From the IMG/VR virus record IMGVR_UViG_3300039308_000030: 36,926 nt of DNA. The stretch is one strand, 5' to 3'. The translations under genes were made by a program, and so were the position numbers. Position 1 is the stretch's first letter; each line of letters starts with the position of its first letter. Source of the DNA: a virus. Lineage: Duplodnaviria > Caudoviricetes. Below the pieces are notes generated by a model. The model did no database searches. It was not told the DNA's origin and was given only the letters and a program-made list of their open reading frames with translations. Shown in pieces: positions 35,155 to 36,926 of the stretch.

Positions 35155-35465
35155 AATTGCTTCGCGACCTGTTCATGGGCGTCGGCAACGAACATTGGGA
35201 CATCGGGCGCATCGGCGGCGCGCTGTCCGTGCTGGCGATGTTTGGCGGGGCGGGGTGGAATATCTCGCTCGGGCTGCCGATCGAGCTCGGCCCGACGGGA
35301 TTTGGCGGCGGACTGGCCGCCGTGCTCGGCGGTGCCGCGGCGTGGATTTACGCCAAGGACCGGGCGCGCGCCGAAAACACGGTCGCGAAGGCGGTCAGCG
35401 ACTGCCCGCCCGAGCCGCAACCTGCGGCCAAGGCTCGCCCGGCGAAGGCGCGGTCGCGCCGTTGA
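35151..35465 (+). CDS. Holin-like membrane protein
   Basis: Two Gly/Ala-rich TMs and a basic C-terminus; follows endolysin. Confidence 0.6.
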   Translation: MKLLRDLFMGVGNEHWDIGRIGGALSVLAMFGGAGWNISLGLPIELGPTGFGGGLAAVLGGAAAWIYAKDRARAENTVAKAVSDCPPEPQPAAKARPAKARSRR

Positions 35466-35758
35466 GCGGTTTCGTCGCGGACCGCAGTTTCGCGGTGCCG
35501 GCGGGCGCGATCGTCAGGACCGGATATGTCGCCGTCGACAAGGTGCGGCTCAAATGCCGGGCGCGGATGGCGATCGGCGACGTCGAAGCCGCCCACCGCC
35601 GCCTGCTGCAACTCGGCTCCGCCTGTTCCTTTCCGCCGCCGAACGGCCGCTGGGACGGCGAGACCTTCGAGATTGCCGACGGCCGCCACGAATATGTCGC
35701 CGCGCTGATGCTCGGCCGAAGCCACATCCTGGTGGCCTGGATGGAGGAACGCCGATGA
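35462..35758 (+). CDS. Small ParB/sulfiredoxin-like domain protein
   Basis: FPPP..FEIADGRH..AALMLG..I.V; TTG start overlapping upstream stop. Confidence 0.6.
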   Translation: MSGFVADRSFAVPAGAIVRTGYVAVDKVRLKCRARMAIGDVEAAHRRLLQLGSACSFPPPNGRWDGETFEIADGRHEYVAALMLGRSHILVAWMEERR

Positions 35759-36123
35759 ACGAGTTGCCGCTGCGCCTGATCGGGATGCTGGCCGCCCTGG
35801 TGCTGCTGATCGCCACTGTCGGGCTGACGGTACGGTCGTGCGACAAGCGCCGATCAGAGGCCGCGCAGAGCCGCCTCGAGCGCGGACAGACCGGCGCGCT
35901 GGCCAACAGCGCCGCCGATGCCGTCGGTACCGTCGCGAGCTCCGGCGAGCGCGAGGCCGCATCCGAGACCCTCACCCGAACCAACGAACAGGAGATCCGC
36001 AATGCGCCTGGCGCCAACGATCCGGTCAATCCCGCTGCTCGCGATGCTGGCCTGCGCAGCTTGTGCAGGCGCGCCGCCTATCGTGACAGCGAGCGCTGCC
36101 GGCTGCTCCAGCCTCGTCCCTGA
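35755..36123 (+). CDS. Inner-membrane spanin (Rz-like)
   Basis: N-terminal TM, periplasmic helical region; overlaps lipoprotein gene. Confidence 0.75.
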   Translation: MNELPLRLIGMLAALVLLIATVGLTVRSCDKRRSEAAQSRLERGQTGALANSAADAVGTVASSGEREAASETLTRTNEQEIRNAPGANDPVNPAARDAGLRSLCRRAAYRDSERCRLLQPRP

Positions 36124-36334
36124 AAGCTGGAAAGCCGGTGTCCCCGGCACCGAGCTGCCACAGGGCGACAATGTCGGCGACTGGATCGCCTTCGGTGACG
36201 CGCAGACGGGGCGGCTCGACCAGGCCAACGGGCGCACGGCCGACGCGATCGGCATCGTCGAGCGCTGCGAGAAGCGCGACGCGGATGCGGTGAAGAAGGC
36301 GACGCGCGGGTGGCTGGGGAGGCTGTTCGGATGA
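36002..36334 (+). CDS. Outer-membrane spanin lipoprotein (Rz1-like)
   Basis: Signal peptide with lipobox-like LACAAC; overlaps i-spanin in another frame. Confidence 0.75.
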   Translation: MRLAPTIRSIPLLAMLACAACAGAPPIVTASAAGCSSLVPESWKAGVPGTELPQGDNVGDWIAFGDAQTGRLDQANGRTADAIGIVERCEKRDADAVKKATRGWLGRLFG

Positions 36335-36669
36335 AGTTGGCCGAACTGGATCCGCACTGGCTCACCAGAGGCGGGCGGCGGTTTGGGCTGATCTTCCGGT
36401 GTCCGACTGATCACGCGTGGTGGCAGGTCGTGATCGTAGAACCGGCCCCGATCTTTCGGGGTGCTGACAGCCAGTTTGAAGCAATCAAGCGGAGCGGTGC
36501 AGCGACTGACGGAAAGTGGCAGCCGGCCAATGCTGCCGCCCCATGGCGCATCGACAACATCGAGCAAGCGACGTTCGATGATGTGACGGTTTCGCCTTCC
36601 ATCGACGGCTCCGCAGGAGGGTTGTGGCACGGCTTTATCACCAACGGTGAGATCGTCGGCGGCCTGTAG
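36331..36669 (+). CDS. DUF6527-like protein
   Basis: F.CP ... W ... TVSPSI ... WHGFITNG.I. Confidence 0.65.
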   Translation: MKLAELDPHWLTRGGRRFGLIFRCPTDHAWWQVVIVEPAPIFRGADSQFEAIKRSGAATDGKWQPANAAAPWRIDNIEQATFDDVTVSPSIDGSAGGLWHGFITNGEIVGGL

Positions 36670-36671
36670 AT

Positions 36672-36686
36672 GTTCCCGAATCGTTC
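36672..36686 (+). promoter_or_regulatory. Alphaproteobacterial LexA (SOS) box
   Basis: GTTC-CCGAATC-GTTC (GTTC-N7-GTTC), intergenic, 21 bp before GTG 36708. Confidence 0.7.
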
Positions 36687-36707
36687 CGCTGCGCGTAAGC
36701 GGCGGAC

Positions 36708-36926
36708 GTGTCGAACAAGAACGTCCGCGAAGCCTGCGACCTCATGCGGTTCAACTGCGTGGTGCGGATCGACTGCGCCTGCGGCAACAGCCGGCTGATG
36801 GGCGGGCTCGAGGCGCTCCGCACCTTCGGCAAGACACCGATCAAGAGCTACGCCGAGCGGCTGCGCTGTTCGCGCTGCGGCGGCAAGCGGGCGCGAGTCC
36901 AGGTGGACACCGTCCCGCTGCGCTGA
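36708..36926 (+). CDS. Small Zn-finger protein
   Basis: 72 aa; CxC...RLRCSRCG. Confidence 0.75.
   Translation: MSNKNVREACDLMRFNCVVRIDCACGNSRLMGGLEALRTFGKTPIKSYAERLRCSRCGGKRARVQVDTVPLR

Larger units (their letters stand above)
1..36926. mobile_element. Temperate siphovirus-like prophage (HK97-type head, non-contractile tail); left arm with integrase lies outside the window
   Basis: Continuous lambdoid order: immunity, replication, packaging, head, tail, lysis; most genes translationally coupled. Confidence 0.97.

Noticed and set aside
1-36926. Gene transfer agent, or att sites at the window ends
   Set aside because: Repressor, replication and HNH/cos genes indicate a true prophage; no terminal direct repeat or integrase is visible

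Overview
The whole window is a GC-rich temperate siphovirus-type prophage. GapR-like, Cro-like and LexA-box features point to an alphaproteobacterial host (sphingomonad-like is my inference). From left to right: the start of a leftward early operon; an immunity region (HIRAN-membrane protein, S24-peptidase repressor, Cro, CII-like); early/replication genes (HD hydrolase, CHC2-Toprim primase, GapR-like, P4/D5-type helicase, T5orf172/GIY-YIG protein, iteron-rich origin); HK97-type packaging and head genes; a putative neck-fibre module; a non-contractile tail interrupted by an RHH/Bro-N antirepressor island; a lysis cassette; and a terminal LexA-box-preceded Zn-finger gene. No integrase or att site is visible. 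Top leads: (i) one primase/helicase C-terminal origin-binding-like winged-helix domain reused in three proteins, with a second copy of the origin-like repeat in the head region; (ii) two unlinked accessory genes sharing an unrecognised exported Cys-repeat domain, one fused to HIRAN across a membrane segment; (iii) a tail-tip protein ending in a Gly linker plus an intact Hint domain. All family calls come from motif recognition by eye; no searches were run.
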